From NCBI GenBank assembly GCA_965204735.1, contig OZ242008.1, positions 2,112,001 to 2,176,000 on the forward strand: a stretch of 64,000 bases of DNA. Direction: 5' to 3'. Positions 50,401 to 59,480 of the stretch are shown here, in pieces; positions within the stretch are counted from its first letter, which is position 1, and each line of letters starts with the position of its first letter. The notes beneath the pieces were generated by a model that was not told where the DNA came from, did no database searches, and saw only the letters and a list, made by a program, of their open reading frames with translations. The DNA comes from Longimicrobiales bacterium. Lineage in GTDB: Bacteria; Gemmatimonadota; Gemmatimonadetes; Longimicrobiales; Gaopeijiaceae. The translations under genes and the position numbers were made by a program.

Positions 50401-50831
50401 GCCACCGAGACCGTCAGGATCGGCTCCGCCTGGGGGTCGACCCGCAGGATCGTCGGACGTTCGGCGGTTTCGGGAAGCGCGTCGCGGATGTTGTCCAGCC
50501 GCTCCCGCACGTTGAGGGCGGCAAAGTCCATGTCGGTGCCCCACGCGAAGCGCAGGGTGACCAGGCTCACGCCCTCTTGGGAGACCGAAGTGACCTTCTC
50601 CACGCCCGGCACCGCCGCCGCCTGGGACTCGATCCGCTCCGTCACAAGGCGCTCCACCTCGGCGGGCGCCACGTCCGGGTAGCCGGTGTGGACCACCAGG
50701 CGCGGGAAGCTCACGTCGGGGAGGAGGTCGATCGGCAGCCTGACGTAGGAGATCGCGCCGAGCAGCACCACCGCCAGCACGAGCATGGCGACGGCCACCG
50801 GGCGCCGCGTGGAGGTCCGGGGGATCGACAC
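47427..50831 (-). CDS. RND efflux permease (AcrB/MdtB-like)
   Basis: LPIDLLP, GMLVDNSIIVLENI, AAQFES, GIVVNDAI, RLRPIVMT. Confidence 0.92.
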   Translation of the reverse strand: MSIPRTSTRRPVAVAMLVLAVVLLGAISYVRLPIDLLPDVSFPRLVVHTGYPDVAPAEVERLVTERIESQAAAVPGVEKVTSVSQEGVSLVTLRFAWGTDMDFAALNVRERLDNIRDALPETAERPTILRVDPQAEPILTVSVAGGRDLWQTKEIAETVFRRRLEQLDGIAQASVTGGLDREIQVEVDPALLEAYNVGLDEVSEALERANYSAPGGTILRGRYRYPLRTLGEFQTVEEIEDVVVSREQAGRPLPPEERREGEEAETTDRLVRLSDVARVVDGYEERESIARYDGAESVGVLVFKESGANTVAVSELVQETLDLLRAQYPEFTVEIASNQATFIDESISNVVQALILGGALAFAILFFFLRDPRYPVAVALAIPISVVATFSLMEAFGVSLNIMSLGGLALGVGMLVDNSIIVLENIFRHREGGMPILDAAAKGAEEVQGAITASTLTTISVFGPIIYVEGVAGELFGALSLAVAFSLLASLAVAVTLLPTMAAHFVGRRPRTDADGSAAGPWPLVYWRRSRRPAGPGALRAAGRGARHAFRAVVCVFLWLVYVPFWVLRALWRLVPQLVRYWAASAGGFLKAALAPLFGAFDRAFDAFAAWYHRKLGQALDRRGTVLAAAAAALAGTVLLGSSLDRDLLPDVDQGAFDVRVELPEGTSLEATAEAAEEVEGRLLGDAEVAAVFSRVGRDVQGAQGEAAGVNTALLQVRLDDRAVTEEVVRRSRSGSSAELAGFLSFETGQATALGQILGGSESDIAVRVRGEDLEEAYGFAEAVQARMRGVAAVRNVRIGSERGQPQYQVSIDREAAARYEIEPRSVAETIENAMRGDRATEFVDFDRKIAVVVRLPDALRHDASTLEALQVDGVPLRELVQVRETVGPAEIRREDQGRVVTVYADVASGGLAEAIASVEAALASVQPPSEVRLEVGGENEEMRRSFRDLTFAFGLALLLVYMILAAQFESFVHPFTILMAVPLALVGAVLALALAGQGLNTMSLIGIVILVGIVVNDAIVKVDFINRARARGSSLRDAILEAGEVRLRPIVMTTATTVLGLTPMALGIGRGADLRAPMAVAVIGGLIVATALTLVVVPVVYSLVEDLRALATGRSRDAAAPSPAPLPAGAGSP

Positions 50832-50834
50832 CGG

Positions 50835-52310
50835 TCAGCTCCCTTCCGCGTCGCCGCCGGTTCTCATTCCCGCTTCCACGGCCACGACGCCGGCGGCCTC
50901 GTGGAGCCTGACCAGCGCCGCCGCGAACTCGAAGCGCTGGTCCACCGCGTCCCGCAGGGCCGACGCCTCTTCCCGCACGGCGGCCTGCAGGTCTTCGACG
51001 CTCTTGGTGGCCAGCTCGTACTCCTCCCGCACGATGCGGAGCCGCTCGCTGGCGATCTCCAGCTGGCGGTCCCGCTCCTGCTGGGTCGCCCACGCCGTCT
51101 CCAGGTCCACGTAGCGGGCGTGGATGTCCTCCCGCACCTCCAGCTGGAGGCGGGCGATCTCTTCGTTGGCGTTGCGGAGTTCCACGTCGGCGTCCGCGAT
51201 CGCGCGAGAGGTCTGGAAGCGGGTGAAGAGCGGCACGGCGACGGAAAGGGAGAGGCCGCCGTAGATGTCCTTGGGATTGAGGGCGAAGAGGGCGCTCCGG
51301 TCCTCGCCGTTCACGCTTCGGTAGATGTTCGAGCTGAGCGAGAGGCGCGGCCAGCGCGTGGCCTTCTGCCTCTTGAGGGCGGCCTGCCGCATCGCCAGGG
51401 CGGCTTCGCCTTCTTCGACCTTGGGATTGTCCCGCAACGCCGCGGCGACGAGGCCGTCCAGGTCGAGGCCGGCCGGGTCGAACACCTCGGGCTGCTGTTC
51501 CTCCACGTCCAGCTCGCCGATCTCGGGGTCGCCGATCGCCCTGTGGAGGGCCAGGAGACCCTTCCTGTACTCGCCTCGGGCCCGGGTGACGGCAGCGCGC
51601 TGGCGCTCGAGCTCCAGCTGGGTCGCCAAGAGGTCGGACCGTCCCACGGCCGCCAGCTCGAAGCGCCTCGTCTGGACGTCGACGTCGCGCTCTCGGGCGG
51701 AGAGAAGGTCGAGTTCGACGGCCAGCCTGCCCTTGTGGCGCTGGGCGAGGAGGAACTGGACCTGCACGTCGGCCAGGACGCGGTTGAGCTCGCTCCGGCC
51801 CGCGTGGCGGGTGGTGCGCGCCCGGGCGCGAGCTTCGTCGACCGCGTGGAAGCGGGCGCCCCCCTGGAGCACGTCGAGGCTCAGAGAGATGCTTTGGTTG
51901 GCGTTCGAGCTGATCCGGGTGCGCAGGTCCGGGTTCTCCAGCGTGTTGCCGAAGAAGTCGATCGCCACCGACTCGCGGCGGAAGTTCTGGCCCGTGCCGT
52001 AGCGGAGGTCGAGGCTCGGGAGGAAGGCGCCCCACGCTTCCCGTCGCTGCGGCGTCTCCAGGTCCATGCGGTTCAGGGCCTGCCGGTACTGGGGGTTGTG
52101 CTCCGCGGCCCGGCGCAGGGCGTCCTTCAGAGAGAGGACGGTGGCTCGCCCGTCGCGCCCGTGGTCCGCGCCCAGGCCGCCGGTGCTGACGCTTTGCTTG
52201 AGGCGAGGACTGCTATTTTGTTTCTGGGCATGGAGTTGCGGAACCAGAGCGGTGGCGGTGCAGATCGCTCCGACGACGGCTGCGCGCGCCCAGGACCGGG
52301 CGGGCCTCAT
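50835..52310 (-). CDS. TolC-family outer membrane efflux protein
   Basis: Signal peptide, LSLKDALRRAAEHNP, FLPSL, AALRDNP, VPLF. ATGA overlap with the MFP gene. Confidence 0.88.
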   Translation of the reverse strand: MRPARSWARAAVVGAICTATALVPQLHAQKQNSSPRLKQSVSTGGLGADHGRDGRATVLSLKDALRRAAEHNPQYRQALNRMDLETPQRREAWGAFLPSLDLRYGTGQNFRRESVAIDFFGNTLENPDLRTRISSNANQSISLSLDVLQGGARFHAVDEARARARTTRHAGRSELNRVLADVQVQFLLAQRHKGRLAVELDLLSARERDVDVQTRRFELAAVGRSDLLATQLELERQRAAVTRARGEYRKGLLALHRAIGDPEIGELDVEEQQPEVFDPAGLDLDGLVAAALRDNPKVEEGEAALAMRQAALKRQKATRWPRLSLSSNIYRSVNGEDRSALFALNPKDIYGGLSLSVAVPLFTRFQTSRAIADADVELRNANEEIARLQLEVREDIHARYVDLETAWATQQERDRQLEIASERLRIVREEYELATKSVEDLQAAVREEASALRDAVDQRFEFAAALVRLHEAAGVVAVEAGMRTGGDAEGS

Positions 52311-53485
52311 CGGGACGGTCTCCCGCCAGCGGCGGCCGGGTCGTCCACGAGCTGCACCGCCGCGTCGTGGGTCAGGTAGTGGTGGCCGTCCACCAGCACG
52401 ATCTCGCCGGGCGCGACCCAGTCCTCGTCGCCCTCCACGAGCTCGATGAACTCGTCGTTCTCGAGGCCCGTCGTCACGTAGCGCCACTTGGCCCTCCCCT
52501 CCTCGAAGACGAAGAGCATGGTGCGCCGGTCTCCTCTCTCCAGGACGGCGGACCTGGGCACGAGGATGCGGTCCGGGAAGTTGCGGGCCTGCAGCTCCGC
52601 CTCGGCGAACATTCCGGGCTTGATCCGGCCCCGGGCGTTGGGCAGGTGGACGGTGACCCGGGCCGTGTTGTTGGTCGGGTCGATCACCGGGTTGATCGTC
52701 TGAATCCGCCCCGTGAAGGTGGTGTCCGGAAAGGCCGTGAACGTCAGCTCGGCGACCCGTCCTTCCTGCAGGTTGACGACCTCGGTCCCAAGGGCCTGGA
52801 GCTCCACCTTGATGGGGCTCAGATCGACCAGGGTGACAAGCTCGTCGCCCGCTCGAACCAGCTGTCCCGGAACGACCTTCAGGTCGGCGGCCCGGCCGCC
52901 GAAGGGAGCGCGCACGGCGGTCTTCTCCAGGTCCAGGAGCGCGCGGCGGTGCTCCACCTGGGCCTGGTCGAGCCCGGTGGCCGAGCGTGCGAAGCGGTCT
53001 CGGCTGGCCCGGACCTCGTCGTCTTCGATCTCTTCGTCGAAGAGGACTCGGGCCTGGTAGTCGGCCTCGGCCTTGAGCAGCGCCGCGGCCTTCGCCGCCA
53101 CCTCCAGGGCGTACTCGGCGGTGTCGACCAGTGCCATCAGGTCGCCCTCGCCGAGGTACTGGTTCTCCCGGACCTCGACCTGGGCGACGCGCCCCTCGAC
53201 CTGGGCGGTCAGCTTCACCGAGCGGATCGCCGCGGCCCGCCCGTTGGCGTTGACCGATATCCACAGCGTGTCCTGCAGCGCCGCGACGCCGCGGACGGGC
53301 TGTGGGAGCTCGGTGTTGAACTGCTGCTGGACCGACTCGACGACTTCGGCGTGCTCCTGGGGTTCGCCCGACGCCTGGGCCTCGGCTTCGGGCTCGGGCC
53401 GGAGCCGCCAGTAGATCGCGCCCCCGAGCAGCCCCAAGCCGATGACGACGGTGAACCAACGCAGGATCGTTCGGGAATAGGCCAT
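52307..53485 (-). CDS. RND efflux membrane fusion protein
   Basis: N-terminal TM anchor, VRAPFGG, IKPGMFA, VPRSAV. Confidence 0.9.
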   Translation of the reverse strand: MAYSRTILRWFTVVIGLGLLGGAIYWRLRPEPEAEAQASGEPQEHAEVVESVQQQFNTELPQPVRGVAALQDTLWISVNANGRAAAIRSVKLTAQVEGRVAQVEVRENQYLGEGDLMALVDTAEYALEVAAKAAALLKAEADYQARVLFDEEIEDDEVRASRDRFARSATGLDQAQVEHRRALLDLEKTAVRAPFGGRAADLKVVPGQLVRAGDELVTLVDLSPIKVELQALGTEVVNLQEGRVAELTFTAFPDTTFTGRIQTINPVIDPTNNTARVTVHLPNARGRIKPGMFAEAELQARNFPDRILVPRSAVLERGDRRTMLFVFEEGRAKWRYVTTGLENDEFIELVEGDEDWVAPGEIVLVDGHHYLTHDAAVQLVDDPAAAGGRPSR

Positions 53486-53658
53486 GATCGAAGCTCCCTT
53501 GGGTTCGCGTTGCGGCAGTCGCGTCGAGGCCGTCCGAACGACCTCCTATAGTCGTCAGACACCGAAGAGGCGCGAATGGTTCCCTGGATGCCGTTCGGGG
53601 CGGAAATGTGCAACCGGAACCAATCGCCCGGCAACCACTTGCCCTGCCGAGGAGGTCC

Positions 53659-53853
53659 TTACGCGACGTTCCAAAGACGAGCGACCAGCGCGACTGCGAA
53701 GCTGCTTGGGGCGGGCCGAAGGAAGTGCCGCCCAGGGCCCGCCGCGCCGTCGCCGAAGAGCAGCGTCCGCTCTGCACGCGACGCTTCCACCGTCACCTGC
53801 CCCGGCGGTCCACCCGCGCCATCCGAGCTGCTTCTGACATTGATTATCGGCAA
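53659..53853 (-). pseudogene. Probable truncated partner gene of the DUF5678-like protein
   Basis: Short ORF MPIINVR... overlapping the 3' end of 53844-54122, with no recognisable complete domain. Confidence 0.25.
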
Positions 53854-54122
53854 CTTAGCGGCAACGCCAGCGTCAAGGCGGGAGCCGAAAGAATCGGGGC
53901 GTCCTCGCCAGCACGCCGGGCAAGGAAGGGACCCGTCCCGAACTTCCTGGCGCCCTCGTCAACGGCTGCCTCGTACGTGTCAAAGTGTCCGACGAGGGCG
54001 TCACCGCGAACGAGCAGGTACCGACCGGGATAGCGTTCGGCGAACCTCTCGCGGTTCCGATCGAAGAAGGCGATCTCGGTCGCCAGCAACCTCGCTTCGG
54101 ATCCTTCTCCCTCAGTGCTCAT
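53844..54122 (-). CDS. Small DUF5678-like protein
   Basis: Strong GGAGGAGGAG RBS. Pattern EIAFF...ERYPGRYLLVRG...GHFDTYEAA...G...FL. Confidence 0.6.
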   Translation of the reverse strand: MSTEGEGSEARLLATEIAFFDRNRERFAERYPGRYLLVRGDALVGHFDTYEAAVDEGARKFGTGPFLARRAGEDAPILSAPALTLALPLSCR

Positions 54123-54182
54123 TCAACTCCTCCTCCGCCGTGTCCGTCGGAGCCCGCCACGCTCGCCGGCGGTTGCGAGACC

Positions 54183-55388
54183 TCACGAGCGAGCGTACCG
54201 CCGGGCCACGTACCCGTCCAGGATTTCCTTGAACTCCTCCACGATGCGGTCCCCCTTCAGGGTCCGCAGGTGGGCGCCGTCGGCGTAGACCGGGGCCTTG
54301 GGCGCCTCGGAGTTCCCGGGCAGCGAGATGCCCAGGTCGGCGTGCTTGGATTCGCCGGGGCCGTTCACCACGCAACCCATCACGGCCACTTTCAGGTCCT
54401 CCACGCCCGGGTAGAGGCGCCTCCACTCGGGCATCCGCTCCCGGATGTGGCCCTGGACGTCCTCCGTCATCTCCTGGAAGAACGTGCTGGTGGTGCGTCC
54501 GCAGCCGGGGCACGCCGTGACCTGGGGTTCGAAGCTGCGTATCTCCAGCGACTGTAGGATCTGCTGGGCGACCCGGACCTCCTCCGCACGGTCTCCGCCG
54601 GGGCGAGGCGTGAGGGAGACTCGGATCGTGTCGCCGATCCCGTCCATGAGGAGAGGCGAGAGAGCGGCGGCTGTGGCGACGATCCCCTTCGAGCCCATCC
54701 CGGCCTCCGTGAGGCCCAAGTGGAGGGCGTGGTCCCGCAGAGGGGCGAGCTGCCGGTAGACGGCGATCAGCTCCCGCACTCCCGACACCTTGGCACTGAG
54801 CACGATCTGGTTCGGGGACAAGCCCGTCTCGACGGCCAGGTCGGCAGAGCGAACCGCGCTCTCGACGATGGCGTCCCGGAGCACGTCCCCCGCGTCCTTC
54901 GGGTTCTCGCGGCGTCCGTTGGCGTCCATCATCTCGGTGAGGAGCCGCTGGTCGAGCGAGCCCCAGTTGACCCCGATGCGGACCGCCTTGCCGTTCTCGA
55001 CGGCGATTCGGACGATCGACTGGAAGTTCTCGTCCCGGCGGCTGGTGCCCACGTTGCCCGGGTTGATCCGGTACTTGGCCAGGAGCGCCGCCGTCCGGGG
55101 GTAGTCGCGCAGCAGGATGTGGCCGTTGTAGTGGAAGTCGCCCACCAGGGGAACGGCGCATCCGGCGTCGGCGAGGCGCTCGAAGAGTTCCGGGACGGCG
55201 GCTGCGGCCTGCTTGTTGTTGACGGTGACGCGGACCAGCTCGCTGCCCGCCTCCGCCAGCTGCTGGACCTGGCTGGCGGTGGCGGCCGGGTCCGCCGTGT
55301 CCGTGTTGGTCATGGACTGGACGACGACGGGGGCGTCGCCGCCCACGATCACGCCGCCGACGTCCGCTGCGCGGGTCTGTCTTGGCAA
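54183..55388 (-). CDS. ispG: 4-hydroxy-3-methylbut-2-en-1-yl diphosphate synthase (flavodoxin)
   Basis: [48 protein letters not shown]. Confidence 0.95.
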   Translation of the reverse strand: MPRQTRAADVGGVIVGGDAPVVVQSMTNTDTADPAATASQVQQLAEAGSELVRVTVNNKQAAAAVPELFERLADAGCAVPLVGDFHYNGHILLRDYPRTAALLAKYRINPGNVGTSRRDENFQSIVRIAVENGKAVRIGVNWGSLDQRLLTEMMDANGRRENPKDAGDVLRDAIVESAVRSADLAVETGLSPNQIVLSAKVSGVRELIAVYRQLAPLRDHALHLGLTEAGMGSKGIVATAAALSPLLMDGIGDTIRVSLTPRPGGDRAEEVRVAQQILQSLEIRSFEPQVTACPGCGRTTSTFFQEMTEDVQGHIRERMPEWRRLYPGVEDLKVAVMGCVVNGPGESKHADLGISLPGNSEAPKAPVYADGAHLRTLKGDRIVEEFKEILDGYVARRYARS

Positions 55389-55395
55389 GTGTCGG

Positions 55396-55542
55396 CTCCG
55401 TTCGCTGCCGCTCCACGGAGGGGGTGGGATTGCCCCCAAGGGGGCTGTCTCCGCAGGCCGCCGCAAGCGGCGCCCGCTTCGGCTCGAACACGTTCGAACC
55501 CCAACCCTCCGTTCGCTGTCGCTCCACGGAGGGGGTGGGATT
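55396..55542. repeat. tRNA-linked 36-bp direct repeat (111-bp period)
   Basis: ctccgttcgctg(c/t)cgctccacggagggggtgggatt at 55396 and 55507, including the last 16 nt of tRNA-Ser. Confidence 0.85.
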
Positions 55543-55613
55543 CGAACCCACGTGTCCGTTTGGCGGACGCCGGTTTTCAAGACCGGTGCATTGAGCCGCT
55601 CTGCCACCCCTCC
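55527..55613 (-). tRNA. tRNA-Ser (UGA anticodon)
   Basis: GGAGGGGTGGCAGAGCGGCTCAATGCACCGGTCTTGAAAACCGGCGTCCGCCAAACGGACACGTGGGTTCGAATCCCACCCCCTCCG. Long variable arm, G discriminator. Confidence 0.95.
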
Positions 55614-55626
55614 TTCGGCAAACAAG

Positions 55627-55655
55627 AAGATGGCCATGGAGGCGGGAAGCTTCAA
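55627..55655 (-). promoter_or_regulatory. sigma70-type promoter of tRNA-Ser
   Basis: TTGAAG-17 nt-CATCTT. Confidence 0.5.
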
Positions 55656-55684
55656 GGCGAGGCGCGCGCCGGAGCAGCCAGCCT

Positions 55685-57397
55685 TCAGTGGCGGAACAGC
55701 CTGCGTCCCGTGAAGACCATGGCGATATCGTGCTCGTCGGCCGCCTCGACGACCTCGCGGTCGCGCACGGAGCCCCCAGGCTGGACAATCGCGCGGGCGC
55801 CCGCCGCAGCAGCCGCATCCACGCCGTCGCGGAAGGGGAAGAAGGCGTCGGAGGCCATGGCCGCGCCCTGCAGCTCGGCAGCGAGGCCGGCTTCCCGGGC
55901 CTTGGCGACGGCGATCCGGGACGAGTCCACGCGGCTGGTCTGGCCGCCGCCGATCCCGACGGTGGCGCAGTCCTTCGCCAGCAGGACGGCGTTGGACTTG
56001 ACGCTGGCCACCGACGCCCACGCGAAGGAGAGGTCGCGCGCCTCGCGGGAGGTCGGGGAGCGGCGGGTGACCACCTTCCACCGGGGCGACGGGCCGTGGA
56101 AGGGCGGCGCCATGGCGGACTGGGCCAGCGCCCCGCCGTAGACGGACCTGATCGTCGGCAGGCCGGGGGCGGCGCCGGAGCCGGCACGGGCCAGGAAGCG
56201 CGCCCCTGCGCGCACGAGCTCGCCGGCCTCCTGCCACCACCTGGCGTCGGCGGGCTCGGCCGGGTGGGGCTCGGCGGGCTCGGCCCGAGCCGGGAACTCC
56301 AGCAGGCGCAGGTTCTTCTTGGCGGCAAGAACTTCTCTCGCCTCCGAGGTGAAGGCGGGAGCTACGACGCACTCCACGAAGATCCCAGCGACGGCGGACG
56401 CCGTCTCGCGGTCCACCGCGCGGTTGGTCGCGATCACCGAGCCGAACGCCGACACCGGGTCCGTGTCCCGGGCGCGGGCGAACGCCTCGGCCAGAGTGGG
56501 GCGCAGCGCCAAGCCGCACGGCGCCGTGTGCTTGACGACGCACGCCGCCGGCTCCCGGGCGAAGGCGAAGGGGGCAAGGGCGAGGAGCGCCCCGTCCAAG
56601 TCCAGCAGGTTGTTGTACGAGAGCTCCTTGCCCTGGAGCTGGACGAGCGCGGCCAGGCCGGTGGGCGCGCCGGCAGTCCCGTTGTTCCCCGCCCCGGCGC
56701 CCGCGGGCACGTAGAAGGCGGCCGCCTGGTCTGGGTTCTCGCCGTAGCGGAGGGTCCCGCTGCGCTGGAGCGCCAAGTCGATCCGGGAGGCGCCGGGCCG
56801 CGAATCGACCGCCAGGTACTCCGCCACGGCTGCGTCGTAGGACGAGATCTCCAGGAAGACCTTGGCCGCAAGCCGCTGCCGCAGCGCCGCCGATTCTTGG
56901 TTGCGCTCGTCGCCGTCCGCCAGCGCCCGCAGGACTTTGCCATAGTCGGCCGGGTCCACCACCGCCCACACGTCCCGGTGGTTCTTCGCGGCCGCGCGGA
57001 GCATCGCCGGGCCGCCTATGTCCACGTTCTCCATGGCCATTTCGTGGCTCGCGCCGGGGGCGGCCACCGTCTGTCGGAAGGGGTACAGGTTGACTGCGAC
57101 CAGGTCGACGGGCCGGTAGCCGTGCCGGGCAAGCTCCTTCATGTCGTCCGGGCGCCGGCGACGGGCGAGGACGCCGGCGTGGACCGCGGGGTGCAGCGTC
57201 TTGACCCGGCCCTCCATCATCTCCGGGTGGCCCGTCGCATCGCCGACCTCCGTCGCCGGAACTCCGGCTTCCGCCAGCACGCGGGCCGTACCTCCTGTGG
57301 AGAGCACCTCCCAGCCCATCTCCGCCAGCGCCTTTCCGAAGGCGGCCGCTCCGGTCTTGTCGGAGACGCTGATCAGGGCCCGGCGCCTAGCCAACAC
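55685..57397 (-). CDS. purH: Bifunctional AICAR formyltransferase / IMP cyclohydrolase
   Basis: [63 protein letters not shown]. Confidence 0.95.
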   Translation of the reverse strand: MLARRRALISVSDKTGAAAFGKALAEMGWEVLSTGGTARVLAEAGVPATEVGDATGHPEMMEGRVKTLHPAVHAGVLARRRRPDDMKELARHGYRPVDLVAVNLYPFRQTVAAPGASHEMAMENVDIGGPAMLRAAAKNHRDVWAVVDPADYGKVLRALADGDERNQESAALRQRLAAKVFLEISSYDAAVAEYLAVDSRPGASRIDLALQRSGTLRYGENPDQAAAFYVPAGAGAGNNGTAGAPTGLAALVQLQGKELSYNNLLDLDGALLALAPFAFAREPAACVVKHTAPCGLALRPTLAEAFARARDTDPVSAFGSVIATNRAVDRETASAVAGIFVECVVAPAFTSEAREVLAAKKNLRLLEFPARAEPAEPHPAEPADARWWQEAGELVRAGARFLARAGSGAAPGLPTIRSVYGGALAQSAMAPPFHGPSPRWKVVTRRSPTSREARDLSFAWASVASVKSNAVLLAKDCATVGIGGGQTSRVDSSRIAVAKAREAGLAAELQGAAMASDAFFPFRDGVDAAAAAGARAIVQPGGSVRDREVVEAADEHDIAMVFTGRRLFRH

Positions 57398-58148
57398 CGC
57401 CCCCGAAGGCTTCCGCCACCAGCCGTCGAAGGTCGTCGTCGTCCGGACGCCGATTCGCAGGGAAGGCCTTGCCGACCGCCGGTCCAGCCCCCGACGCCGC
57501 GCCGAGACCCCGTCCCGGCCACCGAAAGTGCGGCGCCGACCCCGAGACGATCCCGCGGGCCAGCGCGTCGGCAGCTTCCGGGTAGAGGGCGTGCTCCACT
57601 TCGAGCACCCGGGCGGCCAGGGCGGCGGGCGTGTCGCCAGGAAGCACCGGCACCGGCCACTGGGCCACGATCTCGCCGTCGTCGTAGCGCTCGTTCACGT
57701 AGTGGACCGTGGGTCCGGAGAGCTTGGCACCGGCGCGCAACACGGCTTCGTGAACCCGGGCGCCGTACATCCCCTTGCCGCCGAACGACGGAAGCAGCGC
57801 CGGGTGAACGTTCAGCGCCCTGCCCCGGTAGGCCTGGCAGACGGGGGCGGGCAACAGCTGGACGAAGCCGGCCAAGAGGATCGCCTGCGCGCCAGCCCCT
57901 TCCAGGGCCGCCAGCACTTGGGCGGTCGGATCGCCGCTGGCGCCCGAGTCGTCAAAGCCCACCCGGCGAACCGCCTTCCCCGCGGCTCGCGCGCGGCCCT
58001 CGGCGGCGCACGCCCTGTCCGTCACCAGCAGCTCGATCCGGTAGGCCGCCCCCTCCGCCTCCCGGTCGAGGAGGGATTGGAAGTTGGTGCCGGAGCCCGA
58101 GGCGAAGACGGCGACGGGGACTTGGACGGGCGAGTCGCCTCGCGTCAC
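57387..58148 (-). CDS. purN: Phosphoribosylglycinamide formyltransferase
   Basis: VFASGSGTNFQ, LAGF, NVHPALLPSFGG, TVHYV...YDDG, EH. Confidence 0.93.
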   Translation of the reverse strand: MTRGDSPVQVPVAVFASGSGTNFQSLLDREAEGAAYRIELLVTDRACAAEGRARAAGKAVRRVGFDDSGASGDPTAQVLAALEGAGAQAILLAGFVQLLPAPVCQAYRGRALNVHPALLPSFGGKGMYGARVHEAVLRAGAKLSGPTVHYVNERYDDGEIVAQWPVPVLPGDTPAALAARVLEVEHALYPEAADALARGIVSGSAPHFRWPGRGLGAASGAGPAVGKAFPANRRPDDDDLRRLVAEAFGGGVG

Positions 58149-58792
58149 GCGAACTGGCCGGCGTAGACCGGGGCCACGAAGGGGTTGGTGCGGGCTTCGC
58201 GACCGACGGTGGTCTCGGGTCCGTGCCCGGGGTACAGCCGGGTCTCGTGGGGAAGGACCAGCACCTGGGTGCGGATCGACTCGATGAGCGTGCGGTGGTC
58301 GCCGCCGGGCAGGTCGGTGCGACCGATCGAGCCATTGAAGATCACGTCGCCCACCAGCGCCACGGGCTCTGTCGTCGAGACGAAGATCACGTGTCCCGGC
58401 GCGTGGCCGGGGGCGAAGGCGACTCGGAACTCGGAGCCGCCGAAGGTCAGCGCGTCGCCGGCGACCAGGTCGGCATCGGGCGGCTCGGGCGGCTCGAAGG
58501 GCACGCCGAAGGCGGCGGCGCGGGCGGTCGCGTCGTCCCACAGAGGACGGTCGGCCGGGTGAAGGTGGACCGGCGCGCCCGTCTCGCGCTTGGCCAGGGC
58601 GACCCGCTCGATGTGGTCGAAGTGGGCGTGGGTGAGGAGGATCGCCTCGATGGCCAGACCCTTGGCCTTGGCCGCGGCCAGGGCCGAAGGGGCGGCGGCG
58701 CCGGGGTCCACGAGCACGGCGGAGCGGCCGTCGGCACAGGCGACCAGAAAGGTGTTCTGGGCGAAAGGGCCGCCGGTGAAGGAGAAAATCAA
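58145..58792 (-). CDS. MBL-fold metallo-hydrolase (glyoxalase II / YcbL-like)
   Basis: THAHFDH, PGHAPG, GDVIF, GRTDLPGG, YPGHG. Confidence 0.9.
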   Translation of the reverse strand: MIFSFTGGPFAQNTFLVACADGRSAVLVDPGAAAPSALAAAKAKGLAIEAILLTHAHFDHIERVALAKRETGAPVHLHPADRPLWDDATARAAAFGVPFEPPEPPDADLVAGDALTFGGSEFRVAFAPGHAPGHVIFVSTTEPVALVGDVIFNGSIGRTDLPGGDHRTLIESIRTQVLVLPHETRLYPGHGPETTVGREARTNPFVAPVYAGQFA

Positions 58793-58807
58793 GCCGCTTT
58801 GTCCTTC

Positions 58808-59137
58808 CTAGACGGTGAAGGAGCTTCCGCAGCCGCAGCCGCCCGTGGCCTGGGGGTTTTTGAAGGAGAAGCCGGAGCCCATCATCGAAGTGACGTAGTC
58901 GATCTCCAGGCCCTCCAGGTACTGGGCGCTGAAGGGGTCCACGAAGATGCGGACGCCCTGCCGCTCGAGGACTTCGTCGTCGCCTTCGGGGGCGTCGTTG
59001 ATCTCCACGCCGTACTGGAAGCCGGAGCATCCGCCGGGCAGGACCGAGACCCGCAACCCCGCCCCCGGTCGTCCCCCGTGCTCCTCGAGAAATCCCTGCA
59101 CCTTCTCGGCGGCGTGCGGGGTAAGATTCAGCTGCAT
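58808..59137 (-). CDS. A-type Fe-S cluster carrier (IscA/ErpA/HesB family)
   Basis: GGCSGFQY, IDY, NPQATGGCGCGSSF. Confidence 0.92.
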   Translation of the reverse strand: MQLNLTPHAAEKVQGFLEEHGGRPGAGLRVSVLPGGCSGFQYGVEINDAPEGDDEVLERQGVRIFVDPFSAQYLEGLEIDYVTSMMGSGFSFKNPQATGGCGCGSSFTV

Positions 59138-59480
59138 GGCCGAGCCTTCGCGCTCCGTTGGCGGGTGGCTTGCGGTTCCGTCTCCGGTCGGGAAGCTACC
59201 CAGCTGAAAGGGTAGGGTCAACGCTGGCCAACCGCCGCAATGTCGGACGGGCTGGAAGGTCTGGGGCGGCAGGTCGAGGGGCGGAGGCATGGGAGTTGCG
59301 GCCCAAGCGAGCCGTGCCCGACCCACTCGCTCGCACCCTGGATCGCAACCGCAAAATAGGCCGATCCAGCTATCCAAACGCCCATTTCCCGGGTGCATAC
59401 TGCTTCTGGACCGGCCATTCCCCGGCCTCGGAGCGCCCTCGCCCGGCCTCCGCGAACCCCCGCGCTCAAGGAGGCCCCCG

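Noticed and set aside
53607..53625. sigma54 promoter upstream of the efflux operon (TTGGTTCCGGTTGCA)
   Set aside because: GG to GC spacing is 8 nt rather than the required 10.
55396..55613. Prophage or island integrated at tRNA-Ser
   Set aside because: The duplicated ends are only 111 bp apart and no integrase is present.
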